Source: Synechococcus sp. (lineage in GTDB: Bacteria; Cyanobacteriota; Cyanobacteriia; Thermostichales; PCC-7336). Taken from it: DNA of 39,945 nt. The stretch covers positions 1-39,945 of the forward strand of contig JBFRWN010000042.1 of assembly GCA_051439605.1 (NCBI GenBank), given 5' to 3'. Shown one piece after another: positions 27,403 to 37,290 of this stretch. Numbering within the stretch: position 1 is the first letter of the stretch; every line of letters begins with the position of its first letter. A model generated the notes under the pieces. That model ran no database searches. It had not been told where the DNA came from and was given only the letters and a program-made list of their open reading frames with translations. The translations under genes were made by a program, and so were the position numbers.

Positions 27403-28953
27403 TTACTCCTCAAAATCCCCACCCGAGCCGTATTTCCAGGCTTGCAGGCGCTGGTGCCAGCGGTATTTCGGGCGATCGGGAAGAACATCAATTGCCGGTT
27501 TCAGGGCGCGCCCCACAGGATTCAAGAGACTGTATAGACCCAATGCAGCATAATGCCCTGTCCATTCCACCAAAGCGGGTATGCCCACTTGAGGCAGAAC
27601 TTTCAAGGTAATGATGGGGTCGATCGCCGTTGTCCTCAGCAACGCCTGCGCCAGCGCGGGGAACTGAACCACATCCTGCAAGAAGGGTTTGAGGACGCCC
27701 TCCCCCGCCTCTTGCATGGCCTTAAACACCGCGACAAGCAGCTGGTTGATGCGATCGGGGGGCAGCTGCTGTCCCATTCGGGCGCTCATCGAGCGCTGAA
27801 ATAGCCAAGTCACCGCCAAATTGGGTTGATAGGGCTGGAGCAGGTTGAGATCCCGTTGCCGCAACGCATCCGCCCGCAGTGCCTCGTCGATGCCAGCCGT
27901 CAGGCGAGATAGGTGGCGCAGCATTGCTCCAAAACCGCCAAAGCTGAGGGGAGACTGACTGCCGCTGCTGTCTCCAATGGGCAGAATACGATCGCTCGGT
28001 GCTCCCAGTGGGCTATTGCGATAGCAAGGGAAAAAGCCGAATAGGGCCCGTTGCCAGTCAAGTTGGTCAAGCTCGATCCCTTGATAGCTGGGCAGCAGAC
28101 GGAGATATTCCTCAAAAAAGTCTTCAAGGCTGGGACGATCGGGGTGGGCGTCTAGATAGGTGAACATGTAGGTGGTACGGCCGTCATGAGCAGGAAACGC
28201 CTCCCAGAAATACTGGCATTGCCCCGTCATCGGGGTAAACGACACCAGCAAATCCCCTGTCTCGTTATGGGGATATCCTTGGGCGCAGGTACCGACCACC
28301 GCGCAAATGGCATCCGGCTTTTGACCCTGGCGCGCTTGTCGAGCAATTGGTGAAAAATGCCCCATCGCATCTAACAAGAGTCGAGACGTGATGCGGCGAT
28401 CTCCAACCAATATTTCCACTCCATCGGGATGCACAACCCCTTGCTGCAACGGACAATGTTCCAGCAGTTCCCCTCCACACCTTATAAAGCTGTCTTTGAG
28501 GCGATCGAGCAAGTACATCGGACTGACCCCGATGTTGAGCACGTCCCGCACCCACACATCCTCTCCGCCATAAAAGCTGAGTCGCAGCGGATTAAACTCT
28601 GTCGAGATCGCCTCCTCTAGCTCCTCTTCGGTCAAGAGCTCAAGTTCCACCAAGACCCGCAGCTCTTTGCGGGAAATATTCCATTCTTGTGTCCGCCCCT
28701 TCAGTTCTCCCCGCTCCAGCACCGCCACCCGCCATCCTCGCCGAGCCAGTGCTGCCCCCATGACAATGCCGAGGGTGCCACCGGCGATCGCCACATCAAA
28801 CTGGCATTCCCCCACAGGCTCCTGGCTCTCGATCAGCACGTCTGGAGTGGAAAATGTTCCCTGTCGGATAGCGGCCCAAGTGGCATCTGCCCGCTGTAAA
28901 TTCTCGTAAACGTTGCCCGGCAAGGAAGTAAGAATGTCTCGAGTGAGGGTCAT
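27403..28953 (-). CDS. cruP: FAD-dependent oxidoreductase, CruA/CruP lycopene cyclase family (CruP-like)
   Basis: DVAIAGGTLG, GRTQEWNISR, LLLDAMGHFSPI, QYFWEAFP, GDSSGSQSPLSFGGFG, PFLQDVVQF, WKYGSGGD. Confidence 0.8.
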   Translation of the reverse strand: MTLTRDILTSLPGNVYENLQRADATWAAIRQGTFSTPDVLIESQEPVGECQFDVAIAGGTLGIVMGAALARRGWRVAVLERGELKGRTQEWNISRKELRVLVELELLTEEELEEAISTEFNPLRLSFYGGEDVWVRDVLNIGVSPMYLLDRLKDSFIRCGGELLEHCPLQQGVVHPDGVEILVGDRRITSRLLLDAMGHFSPIARQARQGQKPDAICAVVGTCAQGYPHNETGDLLVSFTPMTGQCQYFWEAFPAHDGRTTYMFTYLDAHPDRPSLEDFFEEYLRLLPSYQGIELDQLDWQRALFGFFPCYRNSPLGAPSDRILPIGDSSGSQSPLSFGGFGAMLRHLSRLTAGIDEALRADALRQRDLNLLQPYQPNLAVTWLFQRSMSARMGQQLPPDRINQLLVAVFKAMQEAGEGVLKPFLQDVVQFPALAQALLRTTAIDPIITLKVLPQVGIPALVEWTGHYAALGLYSLLNPVGRALKPAIDVLPDRPKYRWHQRLQAWKYGSGGDFEE

Positions 28954-29329
28954 GGTGTGCAATAGAGGGTCGCTACGATCCTAGTGGATTGGCAAGGGTC
29001 TTGGCTGCTTTGCCAAAGTGTGGGGCGATCGGATATTGAATCGGATGTCGAGTCAAGCTGTTTGGGACGCTGGATAGAGACCCGGCACTTGAATATCTGC
29101 TCGTCGAACGCACCGTTTACCCAACCTTGCTGAGTATCCCTTTTGAGGCACGGAACCCGTAAAATTTCATGTAGTAAAAGCTGGTTTTCGGACACAATCA
29201 AAACAGTCACAGTAAGATATCTCAATCGCAAGGATCGTTGTACCCAGAGTAGAAAACTCGTTCTTATCTCTTTTGGTCAATGAGTGAATCTATGTTCTAA
29301 AAACAACGCCGTTTTTCTGAGGGCAATTC

Positions 29330-30268
29330 ATGTACGTGATAACGAATAGAAATTTACAAGAGAATGAATCTCCAGAAAAAAGATTTGGTATCTCATTTAA
29401 TAATGAAGGGCCGGGCATCTTGCGTCTGGCTAAGGCATCTAAAGAAGACGGAAAATGGACAGTAGAGATTCTCAACGATCGCGAAGTCTATAAAGGAGAA
29501 GAGATGTTTGCCAGCGAGGCAGCATTTCTCAAAACTCAAGATTTAATGTGCCGCGAGCAAAAAAACTGCTTGATATTTTGCCATGGTTTTAATACTAGCT
29601 TCAAAGGAGCATTGGAGGCCGCTTACCGGATTGAACAGACCTATGACTTAGAAGTTGCTCTATTTACGTGGCCTTCTGATGGGCATCCCCTCAATTATCT
29701 GAACGATAAGGAACAAGCATCGGAATCGTTTTTGGCCTTCGATCGGTTTTTCGAGAAACTGGGGGGCTATTTCCGAAAGCATCGCGATAATGATTGCGGT
29801 CAGAAATTTAGTCTAGCCATGCATAGTATGGGTAACTACTTATTAGAAAACTTAGTCGAGTCGTCCGCCTATCAAGGGGAGACGCACTTTTTAGACAACA
29901 TCATTATGTTGTCTGCAGATGTGAATAATCCGGGCCATGAAGTTTGGGTCAACCAAGTAAAAGTACGCAACCGATTGTTTATTTCAATTAACGAAGACGA
30001 TAATGCACTGAACCTTGCAGATAATAAGTCTGGAAGAGAGCAGCAGGCCCGTTTGGGAAATACTGCGCGCAATCTTATATCTCCCAATGCGTTCTACATT
30101 AACTTCACTGATGCCGAGCGTGTGAAGCGAAGACATAACTACTTCACGGATGAAAGGGCGCTGAGGAACGAACGGGTCAAAGACTTTTTTCAAGTCGCTT
30201 TCAATGGAGGGCGAGCAGAACGAGGGCTGAGGTTCGACTCTGCTATTGGTGCATATATTGTCACGTAA
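29330..30268 (+). CDS. Alpha/beta hydrolase, DUF900 family
   Basis: YVITNR, FCHGFNTSF, FTWPSDG, AMHSMGN nucleophile elbow, DDNAL, RLG, HNYF. Confidence 0.85.
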   Translation: MYVITNRNLQENESPEKRFGISFNNEGPGILRLAKASKEDGKWTVEILNDREVYKGEEMFASEAAFLKTQDLMCREQKNCLIFCHGFNTSFKGALEAAYRIEQTYDLEVALFTWPSDGHPLNYLNDKEQASESFLAFDRFFEKLGGYFRKHRDNDCGQKFSLAMHSMGNYLLENLVESSAYQGETHFLDNIIMLSADVNNPGHEVWVNQVKVRNRLFISINEDDNALNLADNKSGREQQARLGNTARNLISPNAFYINFTDAERVKRRHNYFTDERALRNERVKDFFQVAFNGGRAERGLRFDSAIGAYIVT

Positions 30269-30316
30269 CCCCTTCTGGTTTTAGTGTCGAAGGGCATCGA
30301 TCGCGAGGGGAATTGC

Positions 30317-30715
30317 ATGAAATCGCTCGAACAACTGGCAGAGGTCATCCGCGAGGACTACCAACGATTTCCCCACAACCAGACCTACGATATCTATGCC
30401 GATGATGTCTATTTTAAAGACCCACTCACTACATTTCGCGGGCTGGATGCCTACAAACGCAATATTGCCTTTATTGCCAAGTGGTTTGGAGATCCCCTGC
30501 TTGAGTTGCATTCGCTAGAGACGAAAGACCACCAGATCGTGACCCACTGGACGCTGACCTGGACGACTCCCTTACCCTGGAAGCCGCGGATCGGCATTCC
30601 CGGTTGGAGCGAGTTGACCGTTGGCGATCGCGGTCTGATTGACTCCCACATCGATTATTGGGATTGCTCGAAGCTGGATGTCCTGAAACAGCATTTTTGG
30701 CCACATGAACGCTAG
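30317..30715 (+). CDS. DUF2358 (SnoaL/NTF2-like) protein
   Basis: IYADDVYFKDP...FRG, WTTPLPWKPRI, SHIDYWDCS. ATG 30317 follows GAGGGG. Confidence 0.85.
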   Translation: MKSLEQLAEVIREDYQRFPHNQTYDIYADDVYFKDPLTTFRGLDAYKRNIAFIAKWFGDPLLELHSLETKDHQIVTHWTLTWTTPLPWKPRIGIPGWSELTVGDRGLIDSHIDYWDCSKLDVLKQHFWPHER

Positions 30716-30775
30716 AGGATGGACTCCTATCCCCCCAGTGCCGCTAAGCTGTGGTTCTTAATTGAGGAGCAGGTG

Positions 30776-31132
30776 TTGCAAGACAAAATTCACGTTTCCG
30801 ACATTCTTTGCTACGGCTACACTGGTCTGTTGCCAGAGGAGCAAGTTTTAGGGCAGTGGTTTGCGGTGAATCTGACGTTATGGACTGATTTACGAGCAGC
30901 AGAGAAGAGTGACGATATCGATGATACAGTCAATTACGTTTCGGCAATTGAGGCAGTCAAGGACGTCGTAAAGCTGCAAAAGTTTAAGACCATTGAGGCA
31001 CTGGCCAAGGCCGTCTCTGATGAATTATTAGCTCTCTGTGGGGTAGAGAAGGTGACAGTACACCTGACTAAATGTTCGCCACCCATACCTGATTTTGACG
31101 GTCAAGTGGCAGTAGAGATGACCCGTCCGTAA
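30776..31132 (+). CDS. folB: Dihydroneopterin aldolase
   Basis: YGYTGLLPEEQVLGQWF, SDDIDDTVNY, TIEALA, PPIPDFDG.V.VE. GAGGAG at 30764-30769 favours a start at 30776. Confidence 0.93.
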   Translation: MQDKIHVSDILCYGYTGLLPEEQVLGQWFAVNLTLWTDLRAAEKSDDIDDTVNYVSAIEAVKDVVKLQKFKTIEALAKAVSDELLALCGVEKVTVHLTKCSPPIPDFDGQVAVEMTRP

Positions 31133-31330
31133 GCGGGCTGCGACAGTAGATTAATGTGTACCCATCGACGCAGCCCAACCCTTGCAGGTGAACGATTATG
31201 GCAATCGTCAAATCGCTCAGGACAATCGACGACCATAACGCTTGCTAGGCCTTAAATTAGCCGAACAGACTGAAATGGCCAATGCGATCGCTTTAGCGTA
31301 CCAACCCTTGCTCCAGGCGATAGTGACTGT

Positions 31331-34300
31331 TTAGGTGTGCTCAGGGAGGGGAACGAGTAACTGAGCAATTGTTCCCGTCCCCGTTTTACGGGCGCACCAC
31401 CTAATTTCTCCACCAATCAATTCCGCCCGATAGCGCATGTTTAGCAATCCATGGGAACCTTCGCGGGTCGGGTTGTCTGGCATTCCCCGCCCATTATCGA
31501 TCACTTTTACATCGAGGAGATCGCCATTCATCCGAATGCTGCAATCGACGCGGGTGGCACCAGCATGTTTGACCACATTATTAAGGGCCTCCTGCACGAT
31601 GCGAAACAGCGTGCTTTGGGCCAGAGGCTCCAAACGGTCCAGTTCTCCATTGGTCCGATCTTCAAATCGGGTCAGCAGGGTTGTGGCCGATCGCTGAGCC
31701 GCTCGTTCGAGCAAACTGCGGAGTGCAGACCCTAAATTAAAGGCACGCATGGCGGTAGGTTGCAGGTCTTCCACAATGCATCGCAGCTCGGCAATCGTAT
31801 CTTCTAGCTGTTGGCTAATGTTGGCAATTTCCCGCTGCTGTTCTTTTAGCGTCATCCCGCTGGTATGGGTATCCCCGCTTTGTGCTTCGCTTCTTTTCTC
31901 TACCGTCGTGCCTGCTTGCGCTACCTCTTCCCCACTGTCGGAAGGAGAGGCAAGATCTGTGGGGATGAGTGAGGCTAATTGACGCATCTTGCGGGACATA
32001 GCCCCAAGATCGGCGATGGTTTGATCGTGTAAATCGGCTGCCAGCCGTTTACTCTCGGCTTCGCGCCCCTCTGTTAATCCCCTCATGGCTGCGGCTAAAG
32101 CATCTCGCATTCTAGCTTGTTCGGAAAACTGGGTGCGCTGAACGGCTACAGCGGTCATGTCGGCGATCGCCTCCAACAGCTCTAGTTCGGCGGGGGAAAA
32201 CCGTGGGCTCGTCAGATTAGCCTTGCTTTCTGAAGATGGAGATACATGCAGCGTCGTACACAATACCCCCAACACATCCTCCCCAATGGTGACCGGCACG
32301 GCCACCAGAGCAGAAATCCCAGCCTGCAGTAAATTTTGACGCGCTTGTGGGGAAATGGGGTACTTACGCACATCCTCAATCTGCAAACTTTCCCGTTGCC
32401 CGTAGCAGATCATCAGCAGTAGCCAGCTCAAATCGGAGACAACGTCCCCATCCGCCATTTGGCTTCGACTGACTCCACTTTCCAGTGAGGGGTCTTCTTC
32501 CAATTCCCTGTCTCGGTCCGCGCTATTCCCTCGAGCGATCCTGGCTGAATTAATAGTGTCGGGGGACGCACCATCTGGCGGACTAGTATCTCGTAAGAAG
32601 CTCTGGGCCAATTGAAACTGAGCCGGTTTGCCAACTGATGTTTCAGCGGTGGATGAACCAATATTTGCCTGAATTTTGGCCTCAATTTGCTGCTGCAGAT
32701 CCTCAGAAGATAATTGGGCCAATTGGGCAGCTTGCTGCGAGGATAGGGTGATAAAGTCACACCGATCGACCCCTAAGCTATCTGCCATCCCCTCTAGGGC
32801 AATCCGGATAATACCCTCCACCTCATAGGTCCCAGTCAGTTCCTGGGCCAGTTTGCGTAACAGCATTTCCCGCTGGGCCAGACGACTAACTCGTTCGTAC
32901 AATTGAGCTTGTTTAAGGGCGATACCTGCCTGTTCGGCAACGGCGATCGCCAACAAAAACTTCTCGTGGGGAAATACTCTCTCTTTGCGAGAGGCAATCA
33001 TGATAATGGTCCCCATGAGTTCCCCTGCCTGTAGAAGAGGAATCAGGGCACAGGCGCGGTTCACGGGCAGTTGAAAAAATTCCAGTTCTGCCTCGGACAT
33101 GCGGGCAAGGTCTTCAGGTTCTAACTGCAGTGGATAGCCATTGGCCAGAGTTTCGTATAAAGTCAGCGGGCGTATGTCCGGTCCTTCGGAGGGGAAAGAG
33201 GGGGGAGAAGTCGTAGTACCGTCGTATAGCTGGATGGTGCATTTCTTCAGTTCTAATGTGGCCGCTAAAGATTGCTCAATAGATTCCAACACCTGCGTAG
33301 GATCGAGAGAGTTGCGGATATCGGCACTAATTTCGTTCAGTAGCGCCTCCTGCTTCGCCTGCTGCTGAGTTTTTTGGTAAAGCCGAGATTGATTAATCGC
33401 AATGGTGAGTTGTTCTGCCACTGCCTTTAAGAGCTTGCGATCGGCTTCGCTCCACTGGGTGGTGTTGTGTGAATAGACGATGCTACCTGGAGTTTTCGCT
33501 GTTTTATTTCCCTCTGTGGTGTCAACCTTTGATGCGGAGTAGTCAATCGTCGGAGTCCGTTCGGAGGATTCTTCATACTGAAGTGTAGAGACGACGGAAT
33601 AATCGGACCTGCACCGGTGAACGCTCAGGATGCCATAGTAGTCTTGCCCTAGATTCATCCCAGCCACGATCAAGGATTGCACCCCTGCCCGCTGCAACGC
33701 GCGTCGGTTTCTAGGCTCGATATCGTCCAGGGATGACCATTCCTGAATCACGATGGCTTCGTCAGGGCGAAACAGTTTCAACGCTAGGGCATTACCTGCC
33801 AGGGAGACTTCGCGGTTCAGCCAAGAGTCTATCCCTGTCTGGGCAAATGCATAGCGATAGGTGGCAGACATGAGGCTGGAGTTCCCAAACAAAAATTGTG
33901 CCCGACTGGCCTGTAGAGCTTCCCCCACCTCTGTGACGGCTGCCTGCAAGATCTCGTCCAGGTTGAGGGAGTACCGAATCCGATCCGTCATTCGGTACAG
34001 CAAAGCCTGCCGTTCCGCCTGTTGTTGGAATTGCTCTAATAGTTTTGCCTTGTTGAGGGTTACTGCCACTTGGGAGGCGATCGTTTTTAGTAGCTCTAGC
34101 TGACCTTCTTCAAGTGGCAACTCTTCTTGCCACCCCAACAACAAATACGCTAAGAGTTGTTCCTGACCCGCTTCTTTCAGAACGACAGGTACAGAAACAG
34201 TCACCCGATATCCTGCCGATACTAACCTCTGGCGCAGTGTCAGATGTTCATCTTCAATCGCCAACATATCTTGGCAGGCGATGGTGTGGGATTGTGGCGT

Positions 34301-35125
34301 AGGGCCGTAGTTGCTCACCCATTGCGATAAGTCCCGCACATTGAGCGAGTTGAGGTCTGAGTTCTCAGAGGAAAACCACTGTGGGGCGATCGCGAGTGGC
34401 TCGTGGGGGGACTCTGGCAGCAGGAGTACCTGGACGCGATCGCAGTCAAAGGCCGATCCGACAGCTGCCACTGTCTTCTCTAACAACTCTGAAACACCGA
34501 CAGCACTGCGCAGCTTTTGCCCCACTTCTCTTAATAGGGTTTCTTGCTGAGCCTGTTGTCGCAACAGGTGGGCTTGGCGTGCCGTAGCGATCGCGCTGGA
34601 AGTATGGGTGCAGATAAACTGCAATACCTCCAAAAATTCTGGTTCGAGGGTGTGATGGCTAAAAACCGCTACGCATCCGATCAGATCGGTCCCTAGGGTG
34701 ATGGGGTAACCCGCAAACCCCACCAGGTGTTCTGCTTCAATCCATTCGGGACTTTGGATCCAGGGTTCAGCTTTGAGATGGTTGCTGAGCTTTGGGGTCC
34801 GACTGCTGACCAGTGCCCCAATAGGACTTTCATCCGGCACCAAGTGGCTAATTTGGGCCAGTGCCGGACTGACCAATCCAGCATGAGCCTGCATGACTAA
34901 TGCATCATCGGCAGCATCGTAAAACCAAACAAAAGCAGAGGCAAGTTCCAATTCGTGAACCAACCCCGAAGCAAGTCGACGTGCCACCTCTATGGGGTCT
35001 TCCTGTAAGTGCAATTCTTGGGTAACGGGATCGCGCCATACCCCCAAACTTTCAACCACAACATTTGCCGACTGGAGCTGGTCAAGCAGGCGCTGGGTGG
35101 AGTTCGAGGATTCAGTCACAGGCAT
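31331..35125 (-). CDS. Cytoplasmic multi-GAF sensor histidine kinase (NarX/HisKA_3 type)
   Basis: About five GAF-like repeats with 'AQQE.LL' linkers, H-box RLAADLHDQ, FRIVQEALNNVVKHA, DNGRG, GLLNMRYRAELIGG. No obvious TM segment. Confidence 0.92.
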   Translation of the reverse strand: MPVTESSNSTQRLLDQLQSANVVVESLGVWRDPVTQELHLQEDPIEVARRLASGLVHELELASAFVWFYDAADDALVMQAHAGLVSPALAQISHLVPDESPIGALVSSRTPKLSNHLKAEPWIQSPEWIEAEHLVGFAGYPITLGTDLIGCVAVFSHHTLEPEFLEVLQFICTHTSSAIATARQAHLLRQQAQQETLLREVGQKLRSAVGVSELLEKTVAAVGSAFDCDRVQVLLLPESPHEPLAIAPQWFSSENSDLNSLNVRDLSQWVSNYGPTPQSHTIACQDMLAIEDEHLTLRQRLVSAGYRVTVSVPVVLKEAGQEQLLAYLLLGWQEELPLEEGQLELLKTIASQVAVTLNKAKLLEQFQQQAERQALLYRMTDRIRYSLNLDEILQAAVTEVGEALQASRAQFLFGNSSLMSATYRYAFAQTGIDSWLNREVSLAGNALALKLFRPDEAIVIQEWSSLDDIEPRNRRALQRAGVQSLIVAGMNLGQDYYGILSVHRCRSDYSVVSTLQYEESSERTPTIDYSASKVDTTEGNKTAKTPGSIVYSHNTTQWSEADRKLLKAVAEQLTIAINQSRLYQKTQQQAKQEALLNEISADIRNSLDPTQVLESIEQSLAATLELKKCTIQLYDGTTTSPPSFPSEGPDIRPLTLYETLANGYPLQLEPEDLARMSEAELEFFQLPVNRACALIPLLQAGELMGTIIMIASRKERVFPHEKFLLAIAVAEQAGIALKQAQLYERVSRLAQREMLLRKLAQELTGTYEVEGIIRIALEGMADSLGVDRCDFITLSSQQAAQLAQLSSEDLQQQIEAKIQANIGSSTAETSVGKPAQFQLAQSFLRDTSPPDGASPDTINSARIARGNSADRDRELEEDPSLESGVSRSQMADGDVVSDLSWLLLMICYGQRESLQIEDVRKYPISPQARQNLLQAGISALVAVPVTIGEDVLGVLCTTLHVSPSSESKANLTSPRFSPAELELLEAIADMTAVAVQRTQFSEQARMRDALAAAMRGLTEGREAESKRLAADLHDQTIADLGAMSRKMRQLASLIPTDLASPSDSGEEVAQAGTTVEKRSEAQSGDTHTSGMTLKEQQREIANISQQLEDTIAELRCIVEDLQPTAMRAFNLGSALRSLLERAAQRSATTLLTRFEDRTNGELDRLEPLAQSTLFRIVQEALNNVVKHAGATRVDCSIRMNGDLLDVKVIDNGRGMPDNPTREGSHGLLNMRYRAELIGGEIRWCARKTGTGTIAQLLVPLPEHT

Positions 35126-35443
35126 CGGATCGAATCACTGTTCCTAAACTATACGCACTCGTAGCCTTATGCACTGGGAACTCAACGCATTCACATTCAC
35201 GGTTTTAACCCCAACTACCCATGTAATTGACCGATGATGATAACAGATGACCGCTCGTCATAACTGGTCAAATGGAATGAGTCGGGGCATAGAAGTGAAA
35301 GTCCAGTCAAAAGAACGGTTATATTTTTAATAGCAAAAATACCTATCTTCAAAAGATTTTTATTCCTAGTATTAACGAGCTGAATTAAATATTGGCGGCT
35401 ACAATTGCCACATTTCAATGTTCAAAAGTACGAGGAATAAGCA

Positions 35444-36010
35444 ATGCTAAAACCCTATGTTTTGGCTTGTGCTGTGGTAGGGATTCTGGCCCCAACAGTA
35501 GCACTTGCCTACGGAGAGCCTCGTATTGTCCCTGATTATCCGTTCTATTTCGACAACAATGTTCTCGATCGCTATCCTACTGCGACGGTCGTTAAAGTGT
35601 TAAGCGGTAATCAAGTGGTGGTCCACGTGAAGGGGGAGCAGCAGTTGCGGGTGATTCAACTGGCCGGCGTCCGCAATGTGGGCGACTATGCCCCCGAAAT
35701 CGAGCAGCAAGCGATCGCGGCCATCAAAGATTCAATGCTTCACCAGGAGATTCGTCTGGAGGGAGACAACTTCCAGCGTAGTCCAGCCGGAACGGGGACG
35801 GTACAAGCCTATCTCTGGCTGAACGGCATTCAGATGAACGAGGAGTTAATCCGCAGCGGTCTAGCGACGGTAGAAGGCTACAGCTTCAACAACCGACGGG
35901 ACAATTTTCTTAGGGGCGTGCAGGATGAGGCTATCTTGAATCGAGTTGGCGTATGGTCGTCACAGCCAGATGGACGCACTGAGGCAGAAGTGTTAGACAT
36001 CCCCGACTAG
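35444..36010 (+). CDS. Secreted thermonuclease (SNase)-fold protein with degenerate active site
   Basis: Signal peptide; ATVVKVLSGN, IQLAGV, AYLWLNG.QMNEELIRSGLA, QDEA..NRVGVWS match the SNase fold. Confidence 0.8.
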   Translation: MLKPYVLACAVVGILAPTVALAYGEPRIVPDYPFYFDNNVLDRYPTATVVKVLSGNQVVVHVKGEQQLRVIQLAGVRNVGDYAPEIEQQAIAAIKDSMLHQEIRLEGDNFQRSPAGTGTVQAYLWLNGIQMNEELIRSGLATVEGYSFNNRRDNFLRGVQDEAILNRVGVWSSQPDGRTEAEVLDIPD

Positions 36011-36236
36011 CTTCAACGAATCCAATCCGGTCCAACGAAAGGAAATCTGTGGGATTTTTTTGAATAATTCCTCGCAAGTTAGCCACGATCTGCTGGTATT
36101 TTGCTGTCCGTACTCGGGATATTTCAGTTTTACCGTGGATTTTTCTCCAGTCGGGGAAAAAGCGTATGACAGGTCCTTAGCGGCTTATCATTTGCGTATC
36201 TAATTTGTACTGGAATCTGTTCGTACCGCGATATTC

Positions 36237-37235
36237 ATGAAGGCACAAATCATCAAAGCGTATGGTGAATCAAGTCAGTTTGAAGTGGTGGAGCTACCTC
36301 GCCCCAGCGTTCCCACCGGCCACCTACTGATTCGGGTGGCCGCCAGTAGCGTTAACCCAGTGGACTACAAAATTCGCCAACACGGTCCAGATTTTGCCCC
36401 TGCCCTTCCCGCTATTTTGCATGGTGATGTGGCGGGTTACGTGGAGGAAATTGGCCCCAAAGTAAAGGGGTTTAGCCTTGGAGACGAAGTCTATGCCTGT
36501 GCGGGAGGAGTGCGGGGATCGGCGGGGGCACTGGCTGAATTTATGGTGGCGGATGCAGCGTTAGTGGCTCACAAACCTGAATCCTTGACAATGGGAAGTG
36601 CGGCTGCGCTACCACTGGTGGGTATTACCGCCTGGGAAAGCCTGATCGATCGCGCCAAAATCTCTTCTCACCGCCAGAAAGTGCTCGTGCATGGTGGCAC
36701 TGGAGGGGTGGGTCATATGGGGGTCCAGCTGGCCAAATGGATCGGATGTAAGGTCTACACCACTGTTTCCTCCCCGCAAAAAGCAGAGCTTGCCCTTGAT
36801 TTGGGGGCCGATGTGGCGATCGACTATCGAGCTCGGTCGGTCGCGGACTATGTACAAGAATACACAAATGGTAGGGGGTTCGACGTGGTATTTGACACGG
36901 TTGGTGGAGAGCATTTGCTGAAATCGTTTGAAGCTGCTGCTTATGGAGGAGTGGTTTCCTGTATCTCCACCCGCAAATCCGTAGATTTAAGTTTGATGCA
37001 CGCCAAAGGATTGACCCTGCATGTGATTTTTATGCTGTTGCCGTTGTTGCACAACAAGGGACGAAAGAGGCACGGCAAAATCCTCAAGCGAATTGCCGCA
37101 CTAGTCGATGCTGGACAAGTTCGTCCGCTACTAGACAGGTTGTCTTTTAGTTTTGCCACTGTCCAAACCGCCCATAACTACCTGGCTTCGGGGAAGGCCA
37201 TTGGCAAAGTGGTGCTGCGGCAAGACTGCTGGTAG
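36237..37235 (+). CDS. MDR-superfamily NADPH:quinone reductase-like oxidoreductase
   Basis: ASSVNPVDYKIR, LHGDVAG, AAALPLVGITAW, VLVHGGTGGVG, FDVVFDTVGG, GKVVL. Confidence 0.92.
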   Translation: MKAQIIKAYGESSQFEVVELPRPSVPTGHLLIRVAASSVNPVDYKIRQHGPDFAPALPAILHGDVAGYVEEIGPKVKGFSLGDEVYACAGGVRGSAGALAEFMVADAALVAHKPESLTMGSAAALPLVGITAWESLIDRAKISSHRQKVLVHGGTGGVGHMGVQLAKWIGCKVYTTVSSPQKAELALDLGADVAIDYRARSVADYVQEYTNGRGFDVVFDTVGGEHLLKSFEAAAYGGVVSCISTRKSVDLSLMHAKGLTLHVIFMLLPLLHNKGRKRHGKILKRIAALVDAGQVRPLLDRLSFSFATVQTAHNYLASGKAIGKVVLRQDCW

Positions 37236-37290
37236 AGGCAATCGCAAGAGCGCGTTGAAGGATAAACAACACAGCTGAAATGCTAGGTGC

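Noticed and set aside
29330..30268. DUF900 hydrolase as a mobile islet (more AT-rich than neighbours)
   Set aside because: No flanking repeats or mobility genes seen; composition alone is insufficient.
31135..31176. GGGCTGCG/CGCAGCCC inverted repeat after folB
   Set aside because: Long loop and no U tract; at most an ordinary 3' hairpin between convergent genes.
36197..36211. Possible NtcA site upstream of the MDR oxidoreductase
   Set aside because: GTA-TCTAATTTG-TAC has 9-nt spacing, not GTA-N8-TAC.
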